Positions 54,683 through 63,101 of a stretch of DNA of 64,000 nucleotides are shown here, one piece after another. How positions within the stretch are numbered: position 1 is the first letter of the stretch; each line of letters opens with the position of its first letter. Under the pieces are notes generated by a model. It was not told the origin of the DNA, ran no database searches, and saw only the letters and a list, made by a program, of their open reading frames with translations. Origin of the DNA: a virus; IMG/VR virus record IMGVR_UViG_3300049434_000028, positions 38,798 through 102,797 of that record. One strand, written 5' to 3'. Position numbers and translations under genes: made by a program.

Positions 54683-55444
54683 TCAGGCGGCCTTGACGAC
54701 GCGGGTCAGCTCGGTCTGCGGGACGCCCTGGTACTCGTCGTGCTTCTTGACGGTGGCCTTGATCGCGACCGTCTGGCCCTTCTCGACCTCGCGGCCGAAC
54801 GCGCCCGAGTTCCAGGTCTTGAGGACGTGGCCCTCGGGAGTGCGCATGGTGACCAGGTAGCGCATGCCGTAGTCGCCGTCGTAGGACTTGACGCTGACGA
54901 TCTCGACCGTGGTGGCGACCTTGGTGCCGACGGCGGCGAAGTGGCCGACCTCGGTGGCCACGATGCGAGCGGCAGCGGCGGCCACGGCGCGGTCGGCGTT
55001 CTCGGCCACGATGCGGGCAGCGACCTCCATCTGGCGCGGGCTCAGCGGGCGGTTCGCCATCTGGGCCGCGAACTCGACCAGCAGGCCACGGGTCGCCGCG
55101 CGGATCCCGGCGATGACGGTGGCGTCCTGCTCGGACGTCCAGGCGGTCAGCTCGTCGGCGGCCTTGGCGGCCAGCACCGCCTTCTTGCGGGCCTCGGCCG
55201 CGACACGCTTGTCCTTGCGGGCGGCCTTGGCGACCATCTCGTCGTAGGTGATCCAGACGCCCTGCGCGCCACCGCAGAGGAAGCAGGTCGGACGGCCGCT
55301 GGAGAGGACGACGCCGAAGGTGACCTGGCCACGGCCGTTGCAGCGGCTGCACGGGTCGAGCACCTGCAGGAGACCACCGACGACGCGGGTGCGGTAGACG
55401 ACGTTCGCGATGGTGACGGTGGCGGGGGCCTGGGTGGCGTTCAT
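54683..55444 (-). CDS. Zn-finger plus OB-fold protein
   Basis: CSRC.G.G..CFLCGG; LSP.Q; C-terminal IKATVKKH.EY.G..QT.LTR. Confidence 0.7.
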   Translation of the reverse strand: MNATQAPATVTIANVVYRTRVVGGLLQVLDPCSRCNGRGQVTFGVVLSSGRPTCFLCGGAQGVWITYDEMVAKAARKDKRVAAEARKKAVLAAKAADELTAWTSEQDATVIAGIRAATRGLLVEFAAQMANRPLSPRQMEVAARIVAENADRAVAAAAARIVATEVGHFAAVGTKVATTVEIVSVKSYDGDYGMRYLVTMRTPEGHVLKTWNSGAFGREVEKGQTVAIKATVKKHDEYQGVPQTELTRVVKAA

Positions 55445-55466
55445 GGTCAGCTCCGAAGATGTAGCG

Positions 55467-55510
55467 GGTCCGTGTTGTAGGTACACCTTAGCACGGGTGG
55501 GGGGACACCC
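55467..55510 (-). promoter_or_regulatory. Repeated promoter element, copy 1
   Basis: GGGTGTCCCCCCACCC-G-TGCTAAGGT-GTACCTACAACACGGACC. Confidence 0.75.
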
Positions 55511-55518
55511 ACAGACAT

Positions 55519-56523
55519 TCAGCGATGCAGTCCGTAGACGATCCCTCCAGCCTTCAGCGGTAGGTCTGGATCGCCCTTGATGAACGGATGCACCCAGATC
55601 CGCTTGCGCAGGGTCTTGCCCGGTCCGTATACCTGCCAGCGCCAGTGCCCGCGCACGATGAACCGGCACGTCCAGTTCACGGTGCTGTGGCCGTCCTCGC
55701 GCTCCGGGTACACCAAGGTGCGCAGCTTGACCACGGTGACGCTGGACTTCAATGACAGCCGTTCGGCGCGCTTGGCCGCGTGCCGCGGGAGCCGGTGCGC
55801 GTTGACCACCGTCACCTTCTGGTTCAGCAACAGCCAGAACGCGTGCACGAGGCGCAGGACGTTGGTGGCCTGCGGATCCACGATCCCCGCCTCCAGCAGC
55901 CGTGCACGCTGCTCCTCGTCCTCCGAGGGCACCATCGGCGGGCCCATGCGCTGGTCCTCGAACAGCGGGTGCAGTGACATGAACGACCAGCGGCCCAACT
56001 TCTCGTGGGCCCAGACCGCGTCCCCCTCCGGGAACGTGGACGTGACCTGGTCGGGCTCGTTGGAATCGTTGAACAACCAGACGGCGGTGGTGGATTCGGT
56101 CTTGCCGGTCAAGGCGTTCGTCATCACCTGCGCCGGGTTCCAGACCATCCAGTGGATCAACTCGGTCCGGCCGCGCACCTCCTTGATCGGCAACCCGCCC
56201 TCGAAGTAGGCGAAGCCCGCCTGCGTAGGCGCGAGCGTGCGATCGAACCGATCCGTCTCCTCTAACTGCGAGGCCGCGTACTGGACGAGCTTCGCCATGT
56301 CACGGGTGACGTGGTACGGGTACGCGACACGCAGCCCCGGCACCAGCAGCTTCATCACGGCATCCGGGTGGAGCTTGTCCTCCTCCTCGTTATAGATCTG
56401 CATGCTCACCACGCTCGCGATGAACTGGGTGAGGATGCTGCCCGGCTGCTGGAGCCGGTGTAGCAGGTCCGCCTGCGCGTCCACCACATCCTCCGGCCGC
56501 ACGAGCATCACGGCCGGTTCCAA
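55519..56523 (-). CDS. Hypothetical protein with VRGHWR..WV.P..KG motif
   Basis: C-terminal motif recurrent in phage proteins. Confidence 0.65.
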   Translation of the reverse strand: MEPAVMLVRPEDVVDAQADLLHRLQQPGSILTQFIASVVSMQIYNEEEDKLHPDAVMKLLVPGLRVAYPYHVTRDMAKLVQYAASQLEETDRFDRTLAPTQAGFAYFEGGLPIKEVRGRTELIHWMVWNPAQVMTNALTGKTESTTAVWLFNDSNEPDQVTSTFPEGDAVWAHEKLGRWSFMSLHPLFEDQRMGPPMVPSEDEEQRARLLEAGIVDPQATNVLRLVHAFWLLLNQKVTVVNAHRLPRHAAKRAERLSLKSSVTVVKLRTLVYPEREDGHSTVNWTCRFIVRGHWRWQVYGPGKTLRKRIWVHPFIKGDPDLPLKAGGIVYGLHR

Positions 56524-57398
56524 GACTCGATCGACGGGCCCATGGTCTTGGCGGCCTTCTTGGTGGCCTTGGCCTGGATGACCGCGGTGACCTCCTCGAC
56601 GGTCTGGCCGCGCTTATGCGCCAACGCTGCGAACAGGGTGTCGAGGTACGCCTGGTTGATCTCGTAGTCGAAGGCGAGGAAGTTGTGGATCTCGTTGACA
56701 GCCTCGATCTCGGCGGTGCGCTCGGTGGCAATGACGCCCCACTTACCCCGCAAGGGCGAGCCATCGGGGTTGGTGATTGCCTTGGCGGCCTTAGCTGCTG
56801 CCTTCTCGGCCTTAACCGCTGCGACCTGCTGCGCGGATGCGCGCTCGGCCTGCTCCTCGATAGTCCAGAGCTGGCACGGCTTCGGGTTGACGGGTGCGCT
56901 CGGGTAACAGCGGGTGCAAGCACGCTCGCCAGCCTGCGCGACGATCTCGGCCTCGTTCATGCCGGACACCTGCGACAGCCAACCGAAGCGGGTGGTCGGG
57001 AAGCAGGTGCTGCACGCGGTGCTCTGGTGGACGTGGCCATTCGGGACCGCCCAGGCGCGGGTCCAGCCGCCGCGACGGTTGAACTCGACCTTGATCTTGG
57101 TGCGCTCGGCGCGGTTGACGAGCACCTGCTTGCGCAGCGCGTGCAGCGCCTGGTAGGCCTCGCGGGTGTTGGTGCTGGCGTCGGGCGCCACGGCCTCGTG
57201 CTCGGCGTCGTGCGAGCTGATCAGGTAGACGTACTCCGCGCGGCCGTCGCGGTTGAGCACGCGCACCTGGCGGTGGCCGAGCGCGGCGCGCAGATCGCTC
57301 CACGCGCTCTGGATGTCGTAGGTGAGCTTGGCGTCCTGACGCTCCAGCTCGGCGAGGCGGGTGTCGATCTCGCTCGGGGTGGCGGTGGTGAGGTCCAT
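56508..57398 (-). CDS. Hypothetical early protein with Cys/His motifs
   Basis: TP.EID..LA; GGW.RA..V..GHVH..CSTC..CTRCYPSAP. Confidence 0.7.
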   Translation of the reverse strand: MDLTTATPSEIDTRLAELERQDAKLTYDIQSAWSDLRAALGHRQVRVLNRDGRAEYVYLISSHDAEHEAVAPDASTNTREAYQALHALRKQVLVNRAERTKIKVEFNRRGGWTRAWAVPNGHVHQSTACSTCFPTTRFGWLSQVSGMNEAEIVAQAGERACTRCYPSAPVNPKPCQLWTIEEQAERASAQQVAAVKAEKAAAKAAKAITNPDGSPLRGKWGVIATERTAEIEAVNEIHNFLAFDYEINQAYLDTLFAALAHKRGQTVEEVTAVIQAKATKKAAKTMGPSIESWNRP

Positions 57399-57420
57399 CG
57401 TGTGCTCCAGGGTGTCGCGG

Positions 57421-57461
57421 GGTCCGTGTAGGTACACCATAGCACGGGTGGGGGGACACCC
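57421..57461 (-). promoter_or_regulatory. Repeated promoter element, copy 2
   Basis: GGGTGTCCCCCCACCC-G-TGCTATGGT-GTACCTACACGGACC. Confidence 0.75.
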
Positions 57462-57466
57462 GCGTG

Positions 57467-57664
57467 CTATTCCGCCAGCTCGATCAGCTCGTCCGGTCCA
57501 GCCAGCCCGACCAGCGTGTTGCCGTCCTCGTCGAAGAGGTCCCGGTACTCGACGCCGTTGATGATCTCGACCGCGATACGCGCAATGGGGATCTCGTCGC
57601 CCCACTGGCCGATGTCGAGGTAGATCATACCGACGTGCACGTCCTTGGCAGGCACGAGCTTCAT
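57467..57664 (-). CDS. Hypothetical protein
   Basis: MKLVPAKDVHVGM. Confidence 0.5.
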   Translation of the reverse strand: MKLVPAKDVHVGMIYLDIGQWGDEIPIARIAVEIINGVEYRDLFDEDGNTLVGLAGPDELIELAE

Positions 57665-57666
57665 GC

Positions 57667-57831
57667 TCAGACCGCCTTGACCGACGAGAGCGGAACCATG
57701 ATGGAGACCTTGCGGCCGAGCCGCGGGTTCCAGACCGTGACCATGGCCTGGTCGCCCTGCACGGTGTTGAAGGTGCCGACCCGGCTGTAAGCGAGGTTGC
57801 CCGTCTGAATGACCTTGTCGCCGCGCTTCAT
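57667..57831 (-). CDS. Small SH3/KOW-like protein
   Basis: MKRGDKV..G....V.W....VP...V. Confidence 0.5.
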   Translation of the reverse strand: MKRGDKVIQTGNLAYSRVGTFNTVQGDQAMVTVWNPRLGRKVSIMVPLSSVKAV

Positions 57832-58016
57832 GACGCGTACTCGACGACGCCGAGCGTCTCCACGGCGTCGGAGTTGCAGTGCTCGCAGAAGTCGGACGCG
57901 CTGCCCGCGACACCCTCGACACGAGTGCCGTCGGCGCTCATGACCGCGTTGTGCAGCTCGGTGTCGTAAGTGTGCATGCAGTCCGCGCAGACGATGCGGA
58001 GGAAGAAACGACGCAT
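57828..58016 (-). CDS. Zn-ribbon protein
   Basis: CADC..CEHC.S. Confidence 0.55.
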   Translation of the reverse strand: MRRFFLRIVCADCMHTYDTELHNAVMSADGTRVEGVAGSASDFCEHCNSDAVETLGVVEYAS

Positions 58017-58042
58017 GAGAGGGGCTCCTGGTCCGGTGTGGT

Positions 58043-58081
58043 GATCCGTGTAGGTACACCGTACCAGGGTGTCCCCCCACC
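58043..58081 (-). promoter_or_regulatory. Repeated promoter element, copy 3 (core inverted)
   Basis: GGTGGGGGGACACCC-TGGTACGGT-GTACCTACACGGATC. Confidence 0.7.
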
Positions 58082-58096
58082 ACGCAGGAGAACCGC

Positions 58097-58357
58097 CTAA
58101 GCCGTGAAGCTCTCCTCGTCCAGCAGGATGCCGGTACGCGCAGCGTGCACCTGGCGGGACGCCCACGCCGGGCTGGCGCCGACGGCGACCAGGATGTCGT
58201 GCACCGTGGCGTCCCAGTCGTCCAGCTCCAGCCACGCACGACGGCCGCCCACGATGACGGCGGCGGCGTCCGGCGCGTTGCGGCACCGCTCGGCCAGGAC
58301 GTCGTCCGGCGGCGGGTCCAGACCTGCCAGCAGGGTGGGGGTGACCCAGACGCTCAT
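58097..58357 (-). CDS. Hypothetical protein
   Basis: AGGA RBS; protein-like. Confidence 0.5.
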   Translation of the reverse strand: MSVWVTPTLLAGLDPPPDDVLAERCRNAPDAAAVIVGGRRAWLELDDWDATVHDILVAVGASPAWASRQVHAARTGILLDEESFTA

Positions 58358-58358
58358 G

Positions 58359-58871
58359 TCACAGATTCCTAAGCCGAGGAGTCGCCCTGGTGAGCGACGC
58401 TGGTCCGGTGCCACGTTCAGGGCCGTAGCCGCCCTCGATCAGCCGTGCGTGCAGTTCCTTGCCCTGCAGCAACGCTGCAGCCGCGCGGTGGTGCCCTGAC
58501 AGGATGATGTCCTGAGAGGCCGCGCCGTCCAATCCTGCCCGACGGTAGACGACAGGGTGGGCGTTTCCGGCCATGTGCTGGTCCGCGCTCGTCCGGCCGT
58601 GCAGCTCGTACTCGTCGCCCAGGTAGTGCTGAACGTGCTGGCGCAGGATGCTCGGCTGGGTGGCGTGCAGGCCGCGGGGGTCCACCGGGCGCAGCGCCAA
58701 CTCGTTGGGGGGCTTGCTCAGCTCGCCGTGCACGAGCCCGCGGTCGTAGTCCTCACGGTCCTTGCGGCGGCCCATCTGCGGCCACGGCACCATCGTCGTC
58801 GGCGCGCCGTCCGGGAACATGCGGTCGATGTGCTCCTTGCCCGCACCGTAGAACTGCTCGGCCCTGCTCAT
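58359..58871 (-). CDS. ParB/Srx-like N-terminal-domain protein
   Basis: L.ATQ..P.V....ILSGHHRAAAA.L.G. Confidence 0.7.
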   Translation of the reverse strand: MSRAEQFYGAGKEHIDRMFPDGAPTTMVPWPQMGRRKDREDYDRGLVHGELSKPPNELALRPVDPRGLHATQPSILRQHVQHYLGDEYELHGRTSADQHMAGNAHPVVYRRAGLDGAASQDIILSGHHRAAAALLQGKELHARLIEGGYGPERGTGPASLTRATPRLRNL

Positions 58872-59107
58872 ACCGTCATCCCTCCGCTGCCGACACCTGC
58901 ATCGCCGCCGTCCGCACCAGGCTGGGGCTGATCGCCGGAGCCAGGATCGCCCTGGCTGAAGCCGCTGACCCACTGCTGGCCGTTGAGCATGTCCTGGGCG
59001 GTGACGTCGAGGTTGTACGGCGACCACCAGCCGCCGAAGCTGGCGCGGCGGTGGTCGTGACGATGATGCCCGTCATCGGGCAGCACGTTCCCCACTCCAG
59101 TGCTCAT
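58868..59107 (-). CDS. Small protein with internal LNGQQW, leaderless
   Basis: TACGCT-N6-ATG; ATGA-coupled to the ParB-like gene. Confidence 0.5.
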   Translation of the reverse strand: MSTGVGNVLPDDGHHRHDHRRASFGGWWSPYNLDVTAQDMLNGQQWVSGFSQGDPGSGDQPQPGADGGDAGVGSGGMTV

Positions 59108-59122
59108 GCGGCCAGCGTAAGG

Positions 59123-59350
59123 CTAAGAGCGCGGAACGGACTCGATACCGTGGAGCACGCACGCGCCCGGCACCGTGCAGAGCACGAGGTTGACCGGGCT
59201 GTTGGTGAAGGTAGGGCTGAACCAGCCGTCGTTGCTGTCCTGGTCCGGCGGGGGGTTGTTGGCCACGGCCGCCGCAGCGGCGCCGGGGGTGAGCAGGATC
59301 ATCGCGATGACCATCGTGGCCAGCTTCATTCCGGTCTCCTCATGCTTCAT
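59123..59350 (-). CDS. Small secreted protein
   Basis: Signal-peptide-like N-terminus ending AAAA; two Cys. Confidence 0.5.
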   Translation of the reverse strand: MKHEETGMKLATMVIAMILLTPGAAAAAVANNPPPDQDSNDGWFSPTFTNSPVNLVLCTVPGACVLHGIESVPRS

Positions 59351-59846
59351 GTAGGTCCGCCGTCGTTGGAGTCACGACCTGCCCACGCAGGAGCCGCTGA
59401 CTCTCCATCTCGGCCTCGATCGTCACCCATTCACGGATCTCACGTCGGGCCCCTGGCCTGAATTCTGGCCTAGCGAACGCCGGGGACGCGAACAGCAGGC
59501 CGGTCACGCCGAGCCGCATCACCTCCGCGATCACCGCGGGGCTGGAATCCACGACCAGGTCGATCGGGTAGCCCATGCTGCGCAGCTCGGTGAGCTGGTG
59601 CCCGCGCTGCTCGGCGAGGGTGGCAGAGCCGGGCGGCGGACCCATCACCGAGACGTGGTCGCGCACCTCGTTGCGCATCAGCCAGTGCTCGATCAGAACG
59701 GTGTCCACGAGCTGCGTGACCAGCACGATCTTGTGAACCTTCCGCAGGGCGCCGTACAGCCGCATGCCCTCGACGATTGGAGCGCCGAGTGCGGTGTCAT
59801 TGCGCGCCAGCACGCCCTCGATCGCGATCAGTGCGTAGCCCGCCAT
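59340..59846 (-). CDS. HAD-fold (PseT-like) protein with degenerate motif I
   Basis: LIAIEGVL (cf. hhDxDGxL), PI.EG..LY, IVLVT, LVVDSSP. Confidence 0.6.
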   Translation of the reverse strand: MAGYALIAIEGVLARNDTALGAPIVEGMRLYGALRKVHKIVLVTQLVDTVLIEHWLMRNEVRDHVSVMGPPPGSATLAEQRGHQLTELRSMGYPIDLVVDSSPAVIAEVMRLGVTGLLFASPAFARPEFRPGARREIREWVTIEAEMESQRLLRGQVVTPTTADLHEA

Positions 59847-60082
59847 CAGTACTCCCCCGATCCTGGGTAACGGTGGCGCTTCGCGCTCACCTGCACGCGC
59901 ATCTCACCATGGTGGTCGGCCGGGTGCGCCGGAATGACCGGCCGCTGCTCCCGCTTGCCCTCGGCGTGGATCCAGACCTTGGCCGTGGACGTAACCTTGC
60001 GCCCGCACACCGGGCAGGTCGTCAACGAGCTTTCCATCGAGACGCTCTGCGAAGCTCTGCAAAGCTGACGTGCCGCAACCAT
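59846..60082 (-). CDS. Small Zn-finger protein
   Basis: CPVCG..W.H..H. Confidence 0.45.
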   Translation of the reverse strand: MVAARQLCRASQSVSMESSLTTCPVCGRKVTSTAKVWIHAEGKREQRPVIPAHPADHHGEMRVQVSAKRHRYPGSGEY

Positions 60083-61095
60083 CAGGCCTCGCGCGCCACG
60101 ACACGCGTTGCGAGCATCAGCGCGTGCTGCGGATCCAGCAGGCCATTGGCGTAGCACTGGCCCACCGAATCTGAGTGCACGTCATTGTCTATCTGGGCCA
60201 GCGTATGCAGCACCGCGCCGGAGCCGAGCAGCTTGTGCCGCTGCCAGGCCCAGTTGGTGAAGTCCGCGTACCCGTTACCGCCCTCGGAGAACGCGAGCTT
60301 GCGACGGCTGTGGATCTGGGCGAACAGATTGCTGGCGCTACCGATCACCTCGTGCAACGCGGTCAGCGCATTGAGCTGGGACGGCACGTCGTTGTTGGCC
60401 ATCAGCCGGGTGCGCAGCTCGTTGTACCGGCTGCCCAGCTCGCGCGCTCGGCCCACCTCGTAGTCGACCTGGTCCAGCCAGCTCTGCGGCACGTCCAGGT
60501 TTGGGGTCTCGCCCAACTGCGGCGGCCGGACCGTCCACTCGTTCGTGGTCACGTTGTAGGCCGCGTACGGGTTGATCGAGCGGATGTCGGTGGCCTCGGG
60601 GTTGACGTAGAACGTCACCTCGAACGGCGCACCACCCATGGGCAGGACGGCGTTGGCCGTCAGCGGCCACAGCTCGCGGTGGAACTCCTCGTTCATGAAT
60701 CCGGCCATCTCGGCGTCCGAGGTGCCAGCCCACTGCGGGTTGCTCTTGAAGAACACCGGCCAGTCCACGCCGATCAGCACGTCCAGGTCGCCCGGCTGGT
60801 CGCCGACGCCCCGGCCGCCGGACCACTGGTAGGTGATGCCCGAGCCCGCTATCCACACTGTGGACCACCACTGTGGATGCTGGTAGATCCGGTCCCAGTA
60901 GGTGTAAAGCTTGGCCAGCACCCAACGGCGCACCTCGGGCATCAGGACGTCGGAGCCGGGCGCGAACAGCCGCGGGTCCAGGTCCCGTGTCGGCGAGCTG
61001 AAGTAGCCGGACGAGCCCGTCATCCGATCCGGCAGGGCGACCGCCGCCGCCCGTTGGGCGAGGATGTCGTTGTACGGCGTGCCCAACCGGCTCAC
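60082..61095 (-). CDS. Pol-beta-superfamily nucleotidyltransferase
   Basis: hAGS..YQW..GDLDVLhG..EVTFYVN. Confidence 0.75.
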   Translation of the reverse strand: MSRLGTPYNDILAQRAAAVALPDRMTGSSGYFSSPTRDLDPRLFAPGSDVLMPEVRRWVLAKLYTYWDRIYQHPQWWSTVWIAGSGITYQWSGGRGVGDQPGDLDVLIGVDWPVFFKSNPQWAGTSDAEMAGFMNEEFHRELWPLTANAVLPMGGAPFEVTFYVNPEATDIRSINPYAAYNVTTNEWTVRPPQLGETPNLDVPQSWLDQVDYEVGRARELGSRYNELRTRLMANNDVPSQLNALTALHEVIGSASNLFAQIHSRRKLAFSEGGNGYADFTNWAWQRHKLLGSGAVLHTLAQIDNDVHSDSVGQCYANGLLDPQHALMLATRVVAREA

Positions 61096-61103
61096 GGTGT
61101 CTC

Positions 61104-61562
61104 CTAGCGTCGCGGTACGAGGCCCATCTGCCCTTGGATCTTCTGTGCCATTGCAGCCTGCTGCGCCGCAGCCGCCTGCTGTGCGAGACCCGTCATGACG
61201 CGGTGGGTGGTCTCCTGCCCCGCGATGTCCTTCTGGATGTGCGCGGCGGCCGAGAACATGTCCGAGAACGTGGCCGGACGAGCCAGCGAGAGGTTCTCCA
61301 GCACGCCCAGCTCGCTGGAAGCCTGCACGTTGCCCTCGTGGTCCAGGACGACGATGAACGCCGTCAGGACCGCGGTGTAGTTCGGCACGACGGGGGTGCT
61401 GTCGTCGGCGGCGGCCTGTGCCTGCAGCAACGCCAGCTTCTCCTCCGTGCTCATCTCCTGCGCCGCCTGGAACTCCTGCTCCGCTGCAGTCCTGGCCTGT
61501 GCACGCTTGTCGGTCACCTTGGGCGCTCCGTAGTTCGGATCGCCCTGCTCTTTCATCTCCAT
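61104..61562 (-). CDS. Hypothetical protein
   Basis: TAF.VV.D..G..R.AT..D. Confidence 0.6.
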   Translation of the reverse strand: MEMKEQGDPNYGAPKVTDKRAQARTAAEQEFQAAQEMSTEEKLALLQAQAAADDSTPVVPNYTAVLTAFIVVLDHEGNVQASSELGVLENLSLARPATFSDMFSAAAHIQKDIAGQETTHRVMTGLAQQAAAAQQAAMAQKIQGQMGLVPRR

Positions 61563-61573
61563 GTGATGTCCCG

Positions 61574-62098
61574 TCAGAATTGGTGGTTGGCATTCGCGTT
61601 GAGCTTGGCCTGATCGACGGCCTGTTGCACCGGACAGAAGCTGCACAGGTAGATCTTGGGCCCGCCGCCCGTGAAATCCTGCCCGGTCTCCCGGCTGAGC
61701 TGCCGCCGAGCGGACGCAGCCGGATTGCCAAGCCGCTTGCTGCTGTCCTGGTAGTCGATGCAGGGGACGGAGCGTCGGTGGGCCGCGAAGCACTTCGCCG
61801 CGTCCTCCTGCATCGTGCTCTTGGTGTGGTAGTACTCCGGCACGAATCCCTTGGTGTCCGCCCACATCTGACGGTGAATCTGCATCCGAATCGTGCGGTC
61901 CTCCCAGTGCGCCTTCTCGACCCGCATCAAGGTGCGGGTATGCGGCTGCTGGGTCTGGCCGCCGTGCTTCTCGTCCGCGTACTGCAGGATGACGTCGTCC
62001 TCCGGCAGGCCGGTAAAGTCCGGCAGCTCCTCGACGGACTTGCAATCCCAGCATTGGAGCAGGCGCAGGCAGGGGCCGGTCTTGACCGTGGTGTCCAT
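61574..62098 (-). CDS. Zn-binding hypothetical protein
   Basis: RLL.CWDC..EELPD; EDA.KC..H..C.DY; YLC.FCPV. Confidence 0.65.
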   Translation of the reverse strand: MDTTVKTGPCLRLLQCWDCKSVEELPDFTGLPEDDVILQYADEKHGGQTQQPHTRTLMRVEKAHWEDRTIRMQIHRQMWADTKGFVPEYYHTKSTMQEDAAKCFAAHRRSVPCIDYQDSSKRLGNPAASARRQLSRETGQDFTGGGPKIYLCSFCPVQQAVDQAKLNANANHQF

Positions 62099-62122
62099 GT
62101 AGTGGTCCTGGTTCGTGTCGGG

Positions 62123-62362
62123 TTACGGAAGGTGCGCGAGCGGCGTGGTGACAAAGTCCGGGGTGATGTGCACGGTGCCGTCGGGCAGCACCTTCGTGCG
62201 CGCCTCGTGGATGCCGTAGTAGGTGTCGTTCAACGCCGCTCGGTCGGCGTAGGTGGCCGGGTCGATCGAACCACCGCGGTCCATGACGACCTTCTTGTAT
62301 TTTCCATCTGAGGCACCCTCAGCCCACTCGCTGTTCAGACTTCTCGACTGGTTCTGCGCCAT
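62123..62362 (-). CDS. Small protein, probably virion-associated
   Basis: SRSLN..EGA.DGKY; AGGAG RBS lying inside the HNH gene. Confidence 0.55.
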   Translation of the reverse strand: MAQNQSRSLNSEWAEGASDGKYKKVVMDRGGSIDPATYADRAALNDTYYGIHEARTKVLPDGTVHITPDFVTTPLAHLP

Positions 62363-62816
62363 CGTGCCTCAGCTCCTTCTTCTTCCGAGCGCGGTACTCG
62401 CGCTGCCCCTGCGTTGCGCACGTCCGACACACCCACGTCCCGTTCGGACGCTGATAGCCGTGCATGGCCCATGCATGCCCTCGTTGACAGGTGTCGCCTA
62501 CGGCACGCCTTAGATTCTCTCCCGGCGTCACCACTTCCAGGTGAGAGAGCCAGTTCACGCAGTCCCGCCGAACGCACCCATTCTTGCGGACGTGGTCGAC
62601 CCACATTCCCTCGGGCACCGGCTCGCCAGTGGCGTACTCGATCGCAACGACGTGCGCCGATAGGATCACGCCCTGCGCCTTGCCGAAGACACCGTAGCCA
62701 GAGCGCTTGTTCACCGCACCCAACCAGGGCCAGCACTCGTCGTCCCCTCGGCGGTCCACCTTCTCCACGAAGCGTTCGCGCCAATCGCGGCGCTGCGTCC
62801 CGCCCCACTTCGCCAT
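62319..62816 (-). CDS. HNH homing-type endonuclease
   Basis: CWPW.G..GYG..AH..VDH..C..CVN..HLE.VT..EN; C..GH..CRTC. Confidence 0.85.
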   Translation of the reverse strand: MAKWGGTQRRDWRERFVEKVDRRGDDECWPWLGAVNKRSGYGVFGKAQGVILSAHVVAIEYATGEPVPEGMWVDHVRKNGCVRRDCVNWLSHLEVVTPGENLRRAVGDTCQRGHAWAMHGYQRPNGTWVCRTCATQGQREYRARKKKELRHDGAEPVEKSEQRVG

Positions 62817-62849
62817 AGGGGCATTCTTACGGACCGATCAGACGCCTGT

Positions 62850-63101
62850 CTACATCCAGGACGTGGCGGGACGCGAGGTGCCGGAGTAGCCGGGCTCCGC
62901 GTAACCACTCACACGCCCGCGGGCGTCCGGGTAGAGCCGGTTGGTGCCGAGCACGTCCATGATGGTCGGCACCATCGACGGGTTGCCGAGCCGCGGTGGG
63001 AACAGCACCGCCTGGCGCACGGGTGGGAACGGGTAGTCAGGCAGCGGGAGCGGCGGGAACCCCGTCGCGCCACCGCGCTTGTAGACGCTGTCGGATTCCA
63101 T
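62850..63101 (-). CDS. Pro-rich small protein
   Basis: Coupled to the upstream gene. Confidence 0.5.
   Translation of the reverse strand: MESDSVYKRGGATGFPPLPLPDYPFPPVRQAVLFPPRLGNPSMVPTIMDVLGTNRLYPDARGRVSGYAEPGYSGTSRPATSWM

Noticed and set aside
55467-58081. Repeats considered as a CRISPR array or att sites
   Set aside because: Spaced 0.6-2 kb apart with genes between them; no cas or integrase genes; they carry -10 elements
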